DNA of 64,000 nucleotides, from NCBI GenBank assembly GCA_046758445.1, contig JBHIAE010000010.1, positions 4,052 to 68,051 on the forward strand. Reading direction: 5' to 3'. Position numbers and translations under genes: made by a program. Below are positions 25,526-35,315 of this stretch, piece by piece. The notes below the pieces were generated by a model. The model was given only the letters and a program-made list of their open reading frames with translations, was not told the DNA's origin and searched no databases. Origin of the DNA: Candidatus Thorarchaeota archaeon. Its GTDB lineage: Archaea > Asgardarchaeota > Thorarchaeia > Thorarchaeales > Thorarchaeaceae. Within the stretch, counting starts at the first letter, position 1. Each line of letters opens with the position of its first letter.

Positions 25526-27625
25526 CTATGTGTCCGACGATAGTGATAGAACTGCAGTACTTGCTGGGCCGCTCTTGCTCACTTCCACCACCGGAACACC
25601 CTCCCATCCTTGTACATCTGTGTGCGTAATCAAGAATATCTGTTCAAAACTCTCGTCGTTTACCAGATTCCTTACGACTGACTCTCTGCGTGCCCTGTCA
25701 AGCCCTCCAAGCGGTTCATCCAGAAGAACACAACGAACTCGTGGAGCTATCGATGGACTGTCTTTGAAGGGCCGTATACTGCTCATCGTCCTGCTGATTC
25801 CAAGTCGTAGACCGAGACTTACGGCTGTCCTGTCACCGAAGCTTAGCTGAGATGACTTCTTCTTCGCCTTGTCTCGTTCATCCCAGATCTTGAGAAGTAG
25901 ACCCGAACCAGACCTGCCCTTCGCCTGGGTCGGTTCAAGGTCTACAGAGGTGTACTGTCCATTTGTGAATGAACTCACATATTGATTGGTTGCCTTCCGT
26001 ACTATTCCGATCAGGCGTTTCTGAAAGACATAGTCTGCTATGAAACCACTCACAAGCTTCCTCCGCACGTACGTGGCATGCGCTTTCAGCTCCTCAAGGT
26101 TCTTGATCTCAGCGCCGAGCTCCTTCATCTTTACCTCTTTGCCCTCGAGCTCTTTGATTGCTAGTCTTTCTTTCTCAATCCTTCTCATTGCAGATTCGTA
26201 CTGTGTCTGAAGTGAGCTAAGAGTTGTCTGCAGCTTCACTATCTTATTTCGAAGGTCATCTAAGCTACCAACATCATGCTTTGCTAGCAGTTTCTCCACA
26301 GTGTCTGCATCCATTCCCTTGAGCAATGTGCCAAGCATACCCGCCATCTTCTCGATGTCCTTTGTTGTGCGATCCACATCCTTGTGTTGTTTTGCCACTC
26401 GTCGTACTGCTTCTATGGCCTGTGGAATGGTTCTGAGTCTTTCCTCAGTTTCCTCCATCTCTCTCAGTATTGTCTTGCGTTCCCTCTCAAGGTGCGACAC
26501 CTGTGATTTGAGCTTCTTGATTGACCCGTTGTACTTCTTTACGAGCTTCTCGCGTTCCGCGGCTGTCAACAGTTTCTCGCATGTAGGACATGGAGCATCA
26601 GCAAGTTCGCCGGACTCTTCGTGGATTGTAAGGTGGTCCGCCTTCTCCTCAATGTCGCGGATGATACCCTCGTGAGTTCCAATTTCACGGTTGATTTCGT
26701 CAGACTTCTCAAGAGATGCCTTTCGCTCTTTCTCCAGTCGCCGATTCTCTTTTCTCAATGATTCCAGACGGGTCTTCGTGATTTGGGGACTGGAGTCGAC
26801 AAGTCCAGCCTCCTTGAGTTCCCTCTTTACTTCGTCCATGCTTCGATTGAGTTCATCTTCCGATCTCTCAAGTTTCATGAATAACTCATGGATGGCTTTC
26901 AATCCCTTTGGCGATGGCAGTTGTTTTAACAGCTTCTCGGACTTGGCCTTCTCTTCGGCAACAGACTTCAGTTCTTCCTCTTCGAGTTTGATTCTTGACT
27001 CGGCCTCCGTCATTTGTTCACGAATCATCTCTGGGGGCCTGTACTCCTCATTCAGCACTCGAATCTCAGTAGTGAAACTCGCCTCCAAGTTCTCCAACTG
27101 CTTCTTCATCTGGTCCAGAAGCTCAATGTTGTACACCTTCTCTAGAAGTCCTCTAAGAACAGTAGGAGTCGCGCTAGCAATCAAGGCCACCTCGCCCTGT
27201 CTCACGAGAAGTGTCTGCAACGCCTGATTCAGCTCAAGATTCAGAATGTCCTCAACCTTCCTGTTGACTGTCTGACTCTTGTCAGCAATGCGTTTCCAGG
27301 TGTCCTCCGTCCTCTGTGAAAGAATGACGGCCATCTTGTTCGCAGAATCATACGTGCGTTTAATCAAGTAACGAATACCAGCGACTTCAAAGACAAGCTC
27401 TACCCGAGTGAATGAAGAAGAGAAATTGATGAGCTCATCATTCGTGAGACCGACAGCTGTCGGACCCCATAGAGCCCACAGAATGGCCTCGAAGAGCGAT
27501 GATTTCCCTGTAGAATTGGCCCCTCTGACTAGTATCAGACCCCTAGGCAACTCATCGTCATCCTGGGGAATTCTGAGATTTCGAAAGGGCTTGAAATTCT
27601 GAACATCAATGCTGACGAGCCTCAT
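25526..27625 (-). CDS. rad50: Rad50 SMC-like ATPase
   Basis: 699 aa with Walker A GANSTGKSS, long coiled coils around the zinc hook CPTC, the signature LSFGDRTAVSLGLRL, and Walker B CVLLDEPLGGLD. It overlaps mre11 by 4 nt. Confidence 0.9.
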   Translation of the reverse strand: MRLVSIDVQNFKPFRNLRIPQDDDELPRGLILVRGANSTGKSSLFEAILWALWGPTAVGLTNDELINFSSSFTRVELVFEVAGIRYLIKRTYDSANKMAVILSQRTEDTWKRIADKSQTVNRKVEDILNLELNQALQTLLVRQGEVALIASATPTVLRGLLEKVYNIELLDQMKKQLENLEASFTTEIRVLNEEYRPPEMIREQMTEAESRIKLEEEELKSVAEEKAKSEKLLKQLPSPKGLKAIHELFMKLERSEDELNRSMDEVKRELKEAGLVDSSPQITKTRLESLRKENRRLEKERKASLEKSDEINREIGTHEGIIRDIEEKADHLTIHEESGELADAPCPTCEKLLTAAEREKLVKKYNGSIKKLKSQVSHLERERKTILREMEETEERLRTIPQAIEAVRRVAKQHKDVDRTTKDIEKMAGMLGTLLKGMDADTVEKLLAKHDVGSLDDLRNKIVKLQTTLSSLQTQYESAMRRIEKERLAIKELEGKEVKMKELGAEIKNLEELKAHATYVRRKLVSGFIADYVFQKRLIGIVRKATNQYVSSFTNGQYTSVDLEPTQAKGRSGSGLLLKIWDERDKAKKKSSQLSFGDRTAVSLGLRLGISRTMSSIRPFKDSPSIAPRVRCVLLDEPLGGLDRARRESVVRNLVNDESFEQIFLITHTDVQGWEGVPVVEVSKSGPASTAVLSLSSDT

Positions 27626-28929
27626 TCTTCGCCCTCCGATAGCGTTTCAAGAGTGAGTCGCTCATCAGTCCGGGATACTGATAGCTTGAGCGCCTTCACT
27701 GCGATCTTCGTTAAGGTTCCCTCATCAAACCTCTCATCAACATCCAGTGTTTCCAGATAGGCTCTGAAGTCACTCTCAGGATTCTCAATTAGATACTCTG
27801 ATTCAATCTCAGGATATGCAGGTGTGACATACTCGGCATCTGGTTGTCGAATGGTCCACACAAGCTGCGCGATGTTGTACTCACTGTCCGGGGAGTGAAT
27901 CTTCGATCGGAGTGTTTCCATGGCTACAGTCAGTCCAAAAGCGCTCAGTCTTGTTGCCTGCCCCTCAATCATCAGCCGGACTCGTGCAGCTGAAACCGAA
28001 TCCCAGCTGGTGACAAGCCCCTTCTCGTGAAATATTGCTTCCGCCTTTTCAACAACAGTGTCTTCTGTGTCATCGGGATCCACGAGAATCTTCTCATTAT
28101 ACACAGGTCTAGTGAACTCGAGCTTGACTGGTGTGACCTCTGGAGTTTCACCATGTTCAAGCTCCACTATCAAGAAACCTTTGTCATATCGACTTTCATC
28201 GAATCTCCACCGTTCCGGAGACCCTGCATACCACCTGTTACTCGAATGCTTGTGTTGATGATGGTCATGCCCTAGTGCTACATAATCATAGTCCATCTCA
28301 AATATGGTGGTGTGAAGAGACCTGTCAATCTCCATTCCGTGAGCGACCCCAATGGACACTTTCTTTGGCTTGGGGACTTGACACTCAGATATCCAGTCAT
28401 TGAAGTTGGCCACTTGGTTGGTGGATTCGAGTACCTCATAGTCGATGAACGGAAAGCAAAACACGTCAAGCTTATCAAAAGAGTACATGAGAGGCTCATT
28501 GCTTGCCAGAGCTCGTTTTAGATCCACCTGAGTTGCAACATAGAGTCCCGGCACGGCCATCTTTAGAGAATCTAGCAGGGAAACTTCCAATGAGCGGTAC
28601 AAGCCGTGATTGCCCTCGATTATGACTACTGGAATGTCCGTTTCCTCGATGAACTTCTTGAGAACTGATATTGCGGTTTCCTGTGCTACAACTGGCGGCT
28701 GAGAGGGATTGTATTCCCAGGGAGAGTCATAGAGGTCTCCAGAATGGACAACTATGTCGACAGGTGGATCGAGTTCTGCAATCCTGTGGAATAGCTCAAC
28801 GAACCTCTCATAGAAATCATTCTCTAGAAGTCGGCTTCTCATCTCCACTCCCCAGACGTTATGCTTCACCCCTTGGCGAGGCCGAGCTCCGAGATGGGTG
28901 TCGGAGATGTGTGCTATTCGAACGGGCAT
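27622..28929 (-). CDS. mre11: Mre11 nuclease
   Basis: 435 aa with phosphoesterase motifs ISDTHLG, HSGDLYD, GNHG and GHDHH. Confidence 0.9.
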   Translation of the reverse strand: MPVRIAHISDTHLGARPRQGVKHNVWGVEMRSRLLENDFYERFVELFHRIAELDPPVDIVVHSGDLYDSPWEYNPSQPPVVAQETAISVLKKFIEETDIPVVIIEGNHGLYRSLEVSLLDSLKMAVPGLYVATQVDLKRALASNEPLMYSFDKLDVFCFPFIDYEVLESTNQVANFNDWISECQVPKPKKVSIGVAHGMEIDRSLHTTIFEMDYDYVALGHDHHQHKHSSNRWYAGSPERWRFDESRYDKGFLIVELEHGETPEVTPVKLEFTRPVYNEKILVDPDDTEDTVVEKAEAIFHEKGLVTSWDSVSAARVRLMIEGQATRLSAFGLTVAMETLRSKIHSPDSEYNIAQLVWTIRQPDAEYVTPAYPEIESEYLIENPESDFRAYLETLDVDERFDEGTLTKIAVKALKLSVSRTDERLTLETLSEGEE

Positions 28930-28939
28930 TCCTTATTCC

Positions 28940-30697
28940 TCAGAGAACGTGCTTCTCACTCTTCTTCGATTGTTTCCCTTTGTACCTATGCTTGTCACGC
29001 TCAAAGACCGTGTCAAAGAGAGGTATCCGCACTGGTACTGGCATCTCGCGATAGGAAGCGGTCAAGAGGCCTTCACCCCTAGACATCACTCTGAATTCGT
29101 TCTCAAAGCCAGAGATGTTGACACTTGCATTCTCGATGCACGATCTGATCTCGCGTTCGTTACCTAGACGCAAGTTGATTTCGGTGTTCATTTGGCTCAA
29201 GATGACATTGTCAAGAACACTGACCTGTTGACTTACGACTAGAAGCCCCATGTTGAACTTGCGACCCTGACGAGAGATGTCCTTGAAGACGGACCTTCCG
29301 CGCATAAGTTCAGGATTGAGAATTGAGGGCGCCTCTTCTACAGTGACCAAGATTACTGGGAGTTCTCTAGGGTCTTGTACAGGGTTGCTGTCTTCAATCC
29401 CACCCTCCCCATAGAAGGCCTTTGCCTGCTCCTTGACTGTTTTGAAAAAGGGTGTAGGAAGACGCATTTCTCCCTGACGTTCGAAATCACCCAAGTTTCC
29501 ACTGCTTTTGAGGGCGCGCCTCAAGCCGGAAAGCGTCCTAGTTACTATTGTCGTAAGGAGGAACTGCTCCATGTCACGCATTAGGCTAGTGTTAACGACA
29601 AGAATTCGACCAGTTTCCATTGCTACGAAGACATCTTTGAGAATGGAAGTACCTTTCTCCACAAAGATTTGCGAGCGTCGTAGGAAGCCGAGTCGACGTT
29701 GCACTGCATGAAGCGTTCCGGACGGTGTGCCATCTGGATCTTTTTCCATGTCAAGAATGGCCTTAATCCACCCATCCCGGTGAAGATTGAACTGAGCATC
29801 TATGAATGCAGACATTTGGGGAGTGAAATCGGTAATAGAGTAGAGGTCCTGAGGGCGAATCTCCTCCCACAACACACGAATCTCCTTAGCGTACCTCCGT
29901 ATCTCCCTGGGCGTTGCCCTCTTGTGCGTTGTGAGGTAGTAGAAGTCCCCAACAACATCCTTTCGCGTCTTCTGATCCATGGCCTCGACCACATTTTGAA
30001 TCCCATAGGTGTCAACGCCTCTCGCAAACTCATCGTGGGGATCTATGCAGAACGCGGAAACTACCTTCTTCTCGCTGCTTGCGTCACGATAGACCTTCAG
30101 GTTCGAATCGATAATCGATTTGATCAACACCATCATCAGGTTGCTCTTCCCAGCACCTGTTGACCCGAAGATGCCCACATGCATCGGAAGGAACTCAGAT
30201 GGTACCATCACTGGAACATCTAGAGTTGCCTCTCCAACTTGGAGGTCGCCGATGTATACGTCACCATCAGTTTGAGAGCTGAGCATTTCTCTGACAGGGT
30301 CATCTGATTTGCTCGGAACTGGTCGATACACATCGGCCAGATGGTCCGGTAGGCGACGTGGTGACATGAATCTCCACTTACCAGCTCTATCCTCCGCATA
30401 GCCAAGCATTCTACCATCAACAAACAGTAGCATGTTACGCTCAATACCAGAAAGGTATGCATCACCCTCAACCATCAATGTGCCCGCCACTTGGGTCATG
30501 TCATCAACTTGTCTGAGGTAGTTCTCAAGGCCTAGGACTCTGAAGAAGAAGACTCTCTCATGGCCATCCCGCTGAGAGTATATCATGAATATCTCACCAA
30601 CACTCACATCACGGTTGTTCCCCATGATTCCAAGCATAGTCTGGTTCCCAACACCAACTTTGCCATAGAGCTCCCCAAGTTTGTCTTTATCAAGCAT
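28940..30697 (-). CDS. herA: HerA FtsK-like hexameric DNA helicase/translocase
   Basis: 585 aa with Walker A GIFGSTGAGKSN and an N-terminal HAS-barrel-like region. It sits in an operon with nurA, mre11 and rad50. Confidence 0.88.
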   Translation of the reverse strand: MLDKDKLGELYGKVGVGNQTMLGIMGNNRDVSVGEIFMIYSQRDGHERVFFFRVLGLENYLRQVDDMTQVAGTLMVEGDAYLSGIERNMLLFVDGRMLGYAEDRAGKWRFMSPRRLPDHLADVYRPVPSKSDDPVREMLSSQTDGDVYIGDLQVGEATLDVPVMVPSEFLPMHVGIFGSTGAGKSNLMMVLIKSIIDSNLKVYRDASSEKKVVSAFCIDPHDEFARGVDTYGIQNVVEAMDQKTRKDVVGDFYYLTTHKRATPREIRRYAKEIRVLWEEIRPQDLYSITDFTPQMSAFIDAQFNLHRDGWIKAILDMEKDPDGTPSGTLHAVQRRLGFLRRSQIFVEKGTSILKDVFVAMETGRILVVNTSLMRDMEQFLLTTIVTRTLSGLRRALKSSGNLGDFERQGEMRLPTPFFKTVKEQAKAFYGEGGIEDSNPVQDPRELPVILVTVEEAPSILNPELMRGRSVFKDISRQGRKFNMGLLVVSQQVSVLDNVILSQMNTEINLRLGNEREIRSCIENASVNISGFENEFRVMSRGEGLLTASYREMPVPVRIPLFDTVFERDKHRYKGKQSKKSEKHVL

Positions 30698-30716
30698 TGT
30701 CCATCACATCACTCTA

Positions 30717-32024
30717 TCATAGATTATAATCCGCTCTCATCGGGTCAGTCGTTCGTTGTTCTAGACCCATCTCCATCCGCACATCTCTGCATATCTCGCG
30801 TGCAAGACGCAAGTCTTCATAGCTTAGCTTGCAGGACTCATGTGCCAATGCCAGTGCCACTGGATAGCCGTACCATCTTGCGTCACGCGACATGAACTCC
30901 AAGTCACAGAAGAGAGATTTCTCGTTCTGCCTGGTTGCAACAGGATCATTTGGAACAAACACGTTCTCAAGCCACCAGATTCTATCAAAGTCGATACGTG
31001 AAGGCCTATTGTCACGAGAGAAGCTGAACAAGTAGGGAACCGCAAGAACGGGAGGAATGTAGGTCCTGTCCTCTGTTATGTGGAGTCCTCCCCCAAGGTC
31101 TTCTTTTGATGGGAGAAGACAGAACCATTTCGCACCCTCTCCAAATATGTCCTGAGCCATCTTTGCGATGCGATGTGCAAAGGGAATGGTGTGATTCTTG
31201 CTTACCCCACACAATATGACACCCTCTTTGCGTGCCAGTGTGCATAGCTCTCTGAGCATGAAGCCACTCGGCAATGAAGGATACTTGCGTATGAAATGCA
31301 TAAAGACTGACAGTCCACCGTCTAGAAGCAGGTACCTTGGATTCAGGTCGCTACTCAGCAATTGTCGAGCGGCTGCATATTCCGACGCTTTGCGTAGCTC
31401 ATCATGGACTATAGGATTCGTCAGAATCTGCGCTCTGGAAATGAGCGATTCCATCTCTCTGAGCTCAGGGAGATGCTTCTCATAATCAGTGCCTGCGAAG
31501 TCAGAGATGGATGAAATCTCCTCTCCTGTAAAGTCGTTGAAGAATGGTAGAAGCAGATTCACGATGTCCTTCAGCGGATAGATGTGCTCCAGCGTTTCAG
31601 CCATCTTCTTTTGAGCATCGTTTCTCACACCGGAATGCCAGTGGACATCGAGATGGGGTTGACTTCCAAGCCTGGCTTCGAGCGCCTCTCTGCTGATTGG
31701 ACTGAATAAGTTCTCTGCACGAGTGTTAGTGTCCAACACAACAGTGGTTGTACTCAGGAGATGAACCCTGATATCATCAAGCAACATCAGACCATCTGTC
31801 CCCGACCCGTCTACAGCGGCCACTAAGAAGTCCTCTTCAAGCAATACATCAGCAGGATGCGGCTCAATCGTATCGAGTAGTTTCTCCTTGATCCTTGCTT
31901 CGTCCTTCGAGAACTCCTCAGCATCACGTCGGTCTTGTTGATTGTCTATGTCTCTGAAGACGAGCCTCAGTATGTCCCTGAATCTGCCAGTCAGGATCTT
32001 TTCGAGCATACAACCCTCTCTCAA
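30717..32024 (-). CDS. nurA: NurA 5'-3' nuclease
   Basis: 435 aa with the motif VAAVDGSG. Position directly upstream of herA supports the call. Confidence 0.8.
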   Translation of the reverse strand: MREGCMLEKILTGRFRDILRLVFRDIDNQQDRRDAEEFSKDEARIKEKLLDTIEPHPADVLLEEDFLVAAVDGSGTDGLMLLDDIRVHLLSTTTVVLDTNTRAENLFSPISREALEARLGSQPHLDVHWHSGVRNDAQKKMAETLEHIYPLKDIVNLLLPFFNDFTGEEISSISDFAGTDYEKHLPELREMESLISRAQILTNPIVHDELRKASEYAAARQLLSSDLNPRYLLLDGGLSVFMHFIRKYPSLPSGFMLRELCTLARKEGVILCGVSKNHTIPFAHRIAKMAQDIFGEGAKWFCLLPSKEDLGGGLHITEDRTYIPPVLAVPYLFSFSRDNRPSRIDFDRIWWLENVFVPNDPVATRQNEKSLFCDLEFMSRDARWYGYPVALALAHESCKLSYEDLRLAREICRDVRMEMGLEQRTTDPMRADYNL

Positions 32025-32203
32025 TCAGCGTCGTGAAACAGCTGGGTCAACCTCATCAATCTCTCTTGGCACGGAGATAAAAACATAGCACTCGGATTGG
32101 TCGAGTAGTGCCTAGAAATGGAGCTGCAGGGAATAGAACGGTCGTTGGCTCATTCACGACTGTTGACCCTGTGAGGGAGAACCGCTGTCTATTGAGATCT
32201 TGT

Positions 32204-32404
32204 CTACATCCTGGCGCCGAGGTACATCAGAATGACACCAATGATCAGAGCGGATGCTATGATGGCCAACTCAACCATACCGAGAATCAGTCCGGTAGTT
32301 ATCACCCAATAGCCGTACCAAGAGAGCGGCGTCACCGGAATCATGAAACCCACTATGGCAATTCCTGCTCCCATCAGATGGTTTCGTCTTATGAGGCCCT
32401 CCAT
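32204..32404 (-). CDS. Small membrane protein (2 TM)
   Basis: 66 aa and hydrophobic. A 28-aa single-TM micro-ORF (32411..32497, MQETMFAVSIPSLLALSFLIGIVLIVLG) lies 6 nt upstream on the same strand. Confidence 0.35.
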   Translation of the reverse strand: MEGLIRRNHLMGAGIAIVGFMIPVTPLSWYGYWVITTGLILGMVELAIIASALIIGVILMYLGARM

Positions 32405-32617
32405 TTCTCTTTAGCCTAGTACGATAAGCACAATCCCAATCAAGAAGCTGAGAGCCAGCAGAGAAGGTATGGATACTGCAAACATCGTTTCCTGCATCTT
32501 CTTGAAAACCCCTTTCAGTAACTTCAGAAGCTCAGGAGGGCATGAAATGAGCTGGAAATTAAGGATTTCCTTCGTTCCTCTGAGATTTTCTTAAAAGGAA
32601 CGAGTTCATCGATTTCT

Positions 32618-33394
32618 TTGACCGCAAGGATTCTGGCATACTGGCGACTATGCGGAATGACGGGAAGTGGTCCATTGCTTAGAATTACGTACTTTGGGAA
32701 GACATCGTTCGCATTGGAGTCCAAAGACACTTCTGTGCTTCTCAATCCAGGAGTGTGGGACAACGAACCCATGGTATCTGACGACTTTGACTGCAGAGTG
32801 ATAATCGCGACCAATCACGAAGATGATGCTCTCGGGAACGCATCCACAATTGCAGTCAACTCCAAAGCATGGATTCTTGGCAATGAAGCCACGATTGAGA
32901 GAGCACGTGAACAGGGCGCTAAGGCATGGCTCCTGCATGTTCTGAAGATTGAAGAACCCTATGAGATTCCCGGTCTGAGAGTAGTACCGTTTGCACTGCA
33001 GAAGGGCGGTACAGAAACAGGCCAAGCAATCGAGAATCTTGGACTGCAGATTGACATCGGATCTATGAAGGTTTCTTACCTTGGCGACACTAGGGTTCGA
33101 GGACCCTTCGGGGATCTTGAAACCAATGTGATGATTGTGCCAGTCAGTGGAGAAGGCGTCTTTGAAGTGAAAGACGCAGTGAGTCTATGCATTGATGCTA
33201 GACCACAGATCGGCATCCCGGTGAGATGGACTTCCCAAGACCAACCTCAGAAGTTCATCAGGTACATCGACCAATTCGGCAAAGGAACAACTCCGTTCAA
33301 GATGGACTCAGGGCAAACTCTTGAGGTCCAGTGGGCGGCTGGTCAAGAGTTCCAGCACAAGGTCGTGAGTTCTGATGAGCCAGAGCCAGAATAG
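32618..33394 (+). CDS. Metallo-beta-lactamase-fold (UlaG/UPF0173-like) protein with a degenerate His motif
   Basis: 258 aa. LRITYFGKTSFALESKDTSVLLNPG...VIIATNHEDDALG fits the Lactamase_B_3 pattern, but the HxHxDH motif is not intact. The likely start is the ATG at 32657. Confidence 0.5.
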   Translation: MTARILAYWRLCGMTGSGPLLRITYFGKTSFALESKDTSVLLNPGVWDNEPMVSDDFDCRVIIATNHEDDALGNASTIAVNSKAWILGNEATIERAREQGAKAWLLHVLKIEEPYEIPGLRVVPFALQKGGTETGQAIENLGLQIDIGSMKVSYLGDTRVRGPFGDLETNVMIVPVSGEGVFEVKDAVSLCIDARPQIGIPVRWTSQDQPQKFIRYIDQFGKGTTPFKMDSGQTLEVQWAAGQEFQHKVVSSDEPEPE

Positions 33395-33437
33395 TCACCC
33401 GGGAGGGTGAACAATCGCAGAAGTGGGTGAAAGCTAA

Positions 33438-35237
33438 TTGGCTGAGAATAATGAACACAAAACGGTCATCGTTGACTTGGAGGAAGCCGAAAGGGCCGAA
33501 GTAGGCGGGCTCAGCAAACTTGAGCGCGCTGAGGCTAGTGGCGTCCTGAGCGTCAACAATGTTTCAGAAAGATCCCGCATTTGGAATGTCCGAGTACTAT
33601 TGCCTGGAGGCTCCAAAGGTACTAGCATAACCGAGGATAGTTTCGCTGCAGGAGAGATTGATGCGGGCGCCAAATGGGAAACCGAGTATGATATTGAAGT
33701 AAAGAAACCGATTCTGACTCTTACTGAAACGTATGACACGTGCGGAACTGTCGATACCACAGAGCCACACTGGGCCTATGTGTATGGCAAGGAGAATCCT
33801 GTGAGGATAACTATCAAGGTCAAGAACGAAACAAATGGAGAGATTGACAACATCGTCATCAACAAGATAATACCCCCGGAACTCGAGATGTTGAACATCG
33901 AGAATGCCAGTTCTGGCTCGGCAGAGATTGATGAGGATACAAAGACAGTCATCTGGAGGGACTTCGTTGTCTATCCAAAGGAAGAGGCGACGATTCTCAT
34001 ATCTGCCATTGGGACCGTTGAAGACACAGACATCAAGAGTGCCGGTCAGATTGTCGCTACATATCGGGGCGAGGGACAGCAAATATCCGTCCTTAAACCT
34101 GATATGACGGCTCTGTCTGAGTTCTTGACAGGAATAGAAACTGCTGAAACCGAACCGAATCAGTGGGAATGTACCCTAGAGTGCTCCAATGAGAGCGATC
34201 TGATGGTTCGACTTGACAAGGCGGAAGTCTATTTGATTCCCGAGGACGGCAGCGACAAACAAAAGATGATTGATGAAACTCCAAAGCTGGAGATGTCACC
34301 GAGCCAGGAGTGGAGCTCGACTTTCGAGATTGAGAGCAAGTCACCTCCAAAATGCACTCAGGAGGTAGTCTACACTCCCATGAGGACCATCAACAAGAGA
34401 GTGCTCGGCACGATAGAGAAGACTCCTCAAGAGGTTCCAGTGATTCAAATTGACTATAGGAAGGAGTTCGATCCGCCGGAGGTAAACAGCTTCGACAAGA
34501 CTCCTGTTGAAGTGACAATTGAGGTAAAGAACACTGGCACCGCTCGAATTAACGAATTCATCATTGAAGACAACCTTCCTGACGATGTGATGCCACCACA
34601 GGCCGAACATGTCAAAGTCTGGGTCAGAGGCAAGGAGTACGCTGAAGAACTTGAGGTGAAAATCGATCCTGATGATCAGAATCCCGAAGTGCCGCACAAG
34701 ATTACCTTCAGAATCCCAAATCTAAAGGACTCTGGAGATGAGCTCGAGCCAGGAGACAGCGTGATGGTCAACTATGCCATCATGGCTTGGAGGAGTCGAC
34801 CTGAGAAGGAATATCCTTCCCCCATACGTTGCTTAGCGAACACCTATCCTCCTGGACTACCTGTCGAGAGCGCCAGTGCTGAGGATGGACACAAGCTTGG
34901 CATTCTCTACAAGAAGAGAAGCATATCCGCCAAGAAGGCCATAAACAAGGGCGCAGACCCTGGTGAGTACATAGTCGTGCTGGTCATCGAGAACAAAGGA
35001 GAGGTCACTGTCGAGAATGTCGAAGTGACCGATTGGATACCCACAGGCTTCGATTATGTTTCTACTGACCCTGATGAGGAATCACCGATCGTGAGTCCTA
35101 CGGCAGATGGCACGAATCTGGTCTGGAAATGGACCAGGATGAATCCTGGTGACAAGAGAAGGGTCAACGTTACCGTCCAAGCTGGCGAAGAAGCTGGTGA
35201 GTACGAGCGACGAGAGCCTCAGACCACTTCAGACTAG
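33438..35237 (+). CDS. Signal-less protein built from ~5 DUF11/CARDB-like beta-sandwich repeats
   Basis: 599 aa with a TTG start and GGGTGA 7 nt upstream. It has recurrent modules such as VRITIKVKNETNGEIDNIVINKIIPPELE, VEVTIEVKNTGTARINEFIIEDNLPDDV and YIVVLVIENKGEVTVENVEVTDWIPTGFDYV. The N-terminus is acidic, and there is no signal peptide or TM segment. Confidence 0.6.
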   Translation: MAENNEHKTVIVDLEEAERAEVGGLSKLERAEASGVLSVNNVSERSRIWNVRVLLPGGSKGTSITEDSFAAGEIDAGAKWETEYDIEVKKPILTLTETYDTCGTVDTTEPHWAYVYGKENPVRITIKVKNETNGEIDNIVINKIIPPELEMLNIENASSGSAEIDEDTKTVIWRDFVVYPKEEATILISAIGTVEDTDIKSAGQIVATYRGEGQQISVLKPDMTALSEFLTGIETAETEPNQWECTLECSNESDLMVRLDKAEVYLIPEDGSDKQKMIDETPKLEMSPSQEWSSTFEIESKSPPKCTQEVVYTPMRTINKRVLGTIEKTPQEVPVIQIDYRKEFDPPEVNSFDKTPVEVTIEVKNTGTARINEFIIEDNLPDDVMPPQAEHVKVWVRGKEYAEELEVKIDPDDQNPEVPHKITFRIPNLKDSGDELEPGDSVMVNYAIMAWRSRPEKEYPSPIRCLANTYPPGLPVESASAEDGHKLGILYKKRSISAKKAINKGADPGEYIVVLVIENKGEVTVENVEVTDWIPTGFDYVSTDPDEESPIVSPTADGTNLVWKWTRMNPGDKRRVNVTVQAGEEAGEYERREPQTTSD

Positions 35238-35315
35238 AAACCGCCCACCCTCCCGCTAGGCAGGGGGCCCTCCCCTTGCCTGGTTGGTCACTTTTCTGTT
35301 CTCTTTCTCCGCAGA

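Noticed and set aside
26301-27227. Two long + strand ORFs (124 and 178 aa, Ser/Phe-rich) inside the rad50 region
   Set aside because: They are antisense shadows of the Lys/Glu-rich Rad50 coiled-coil codons. Their composition is low-complexity and they carry no motifs, whereas rad50 on the minus strand has all its catalytic motifs. The same reasoning applies to most other overlapping track ORFs, for example 12024..12368, 35659..36192, 37813..38196 and 58495..58962.
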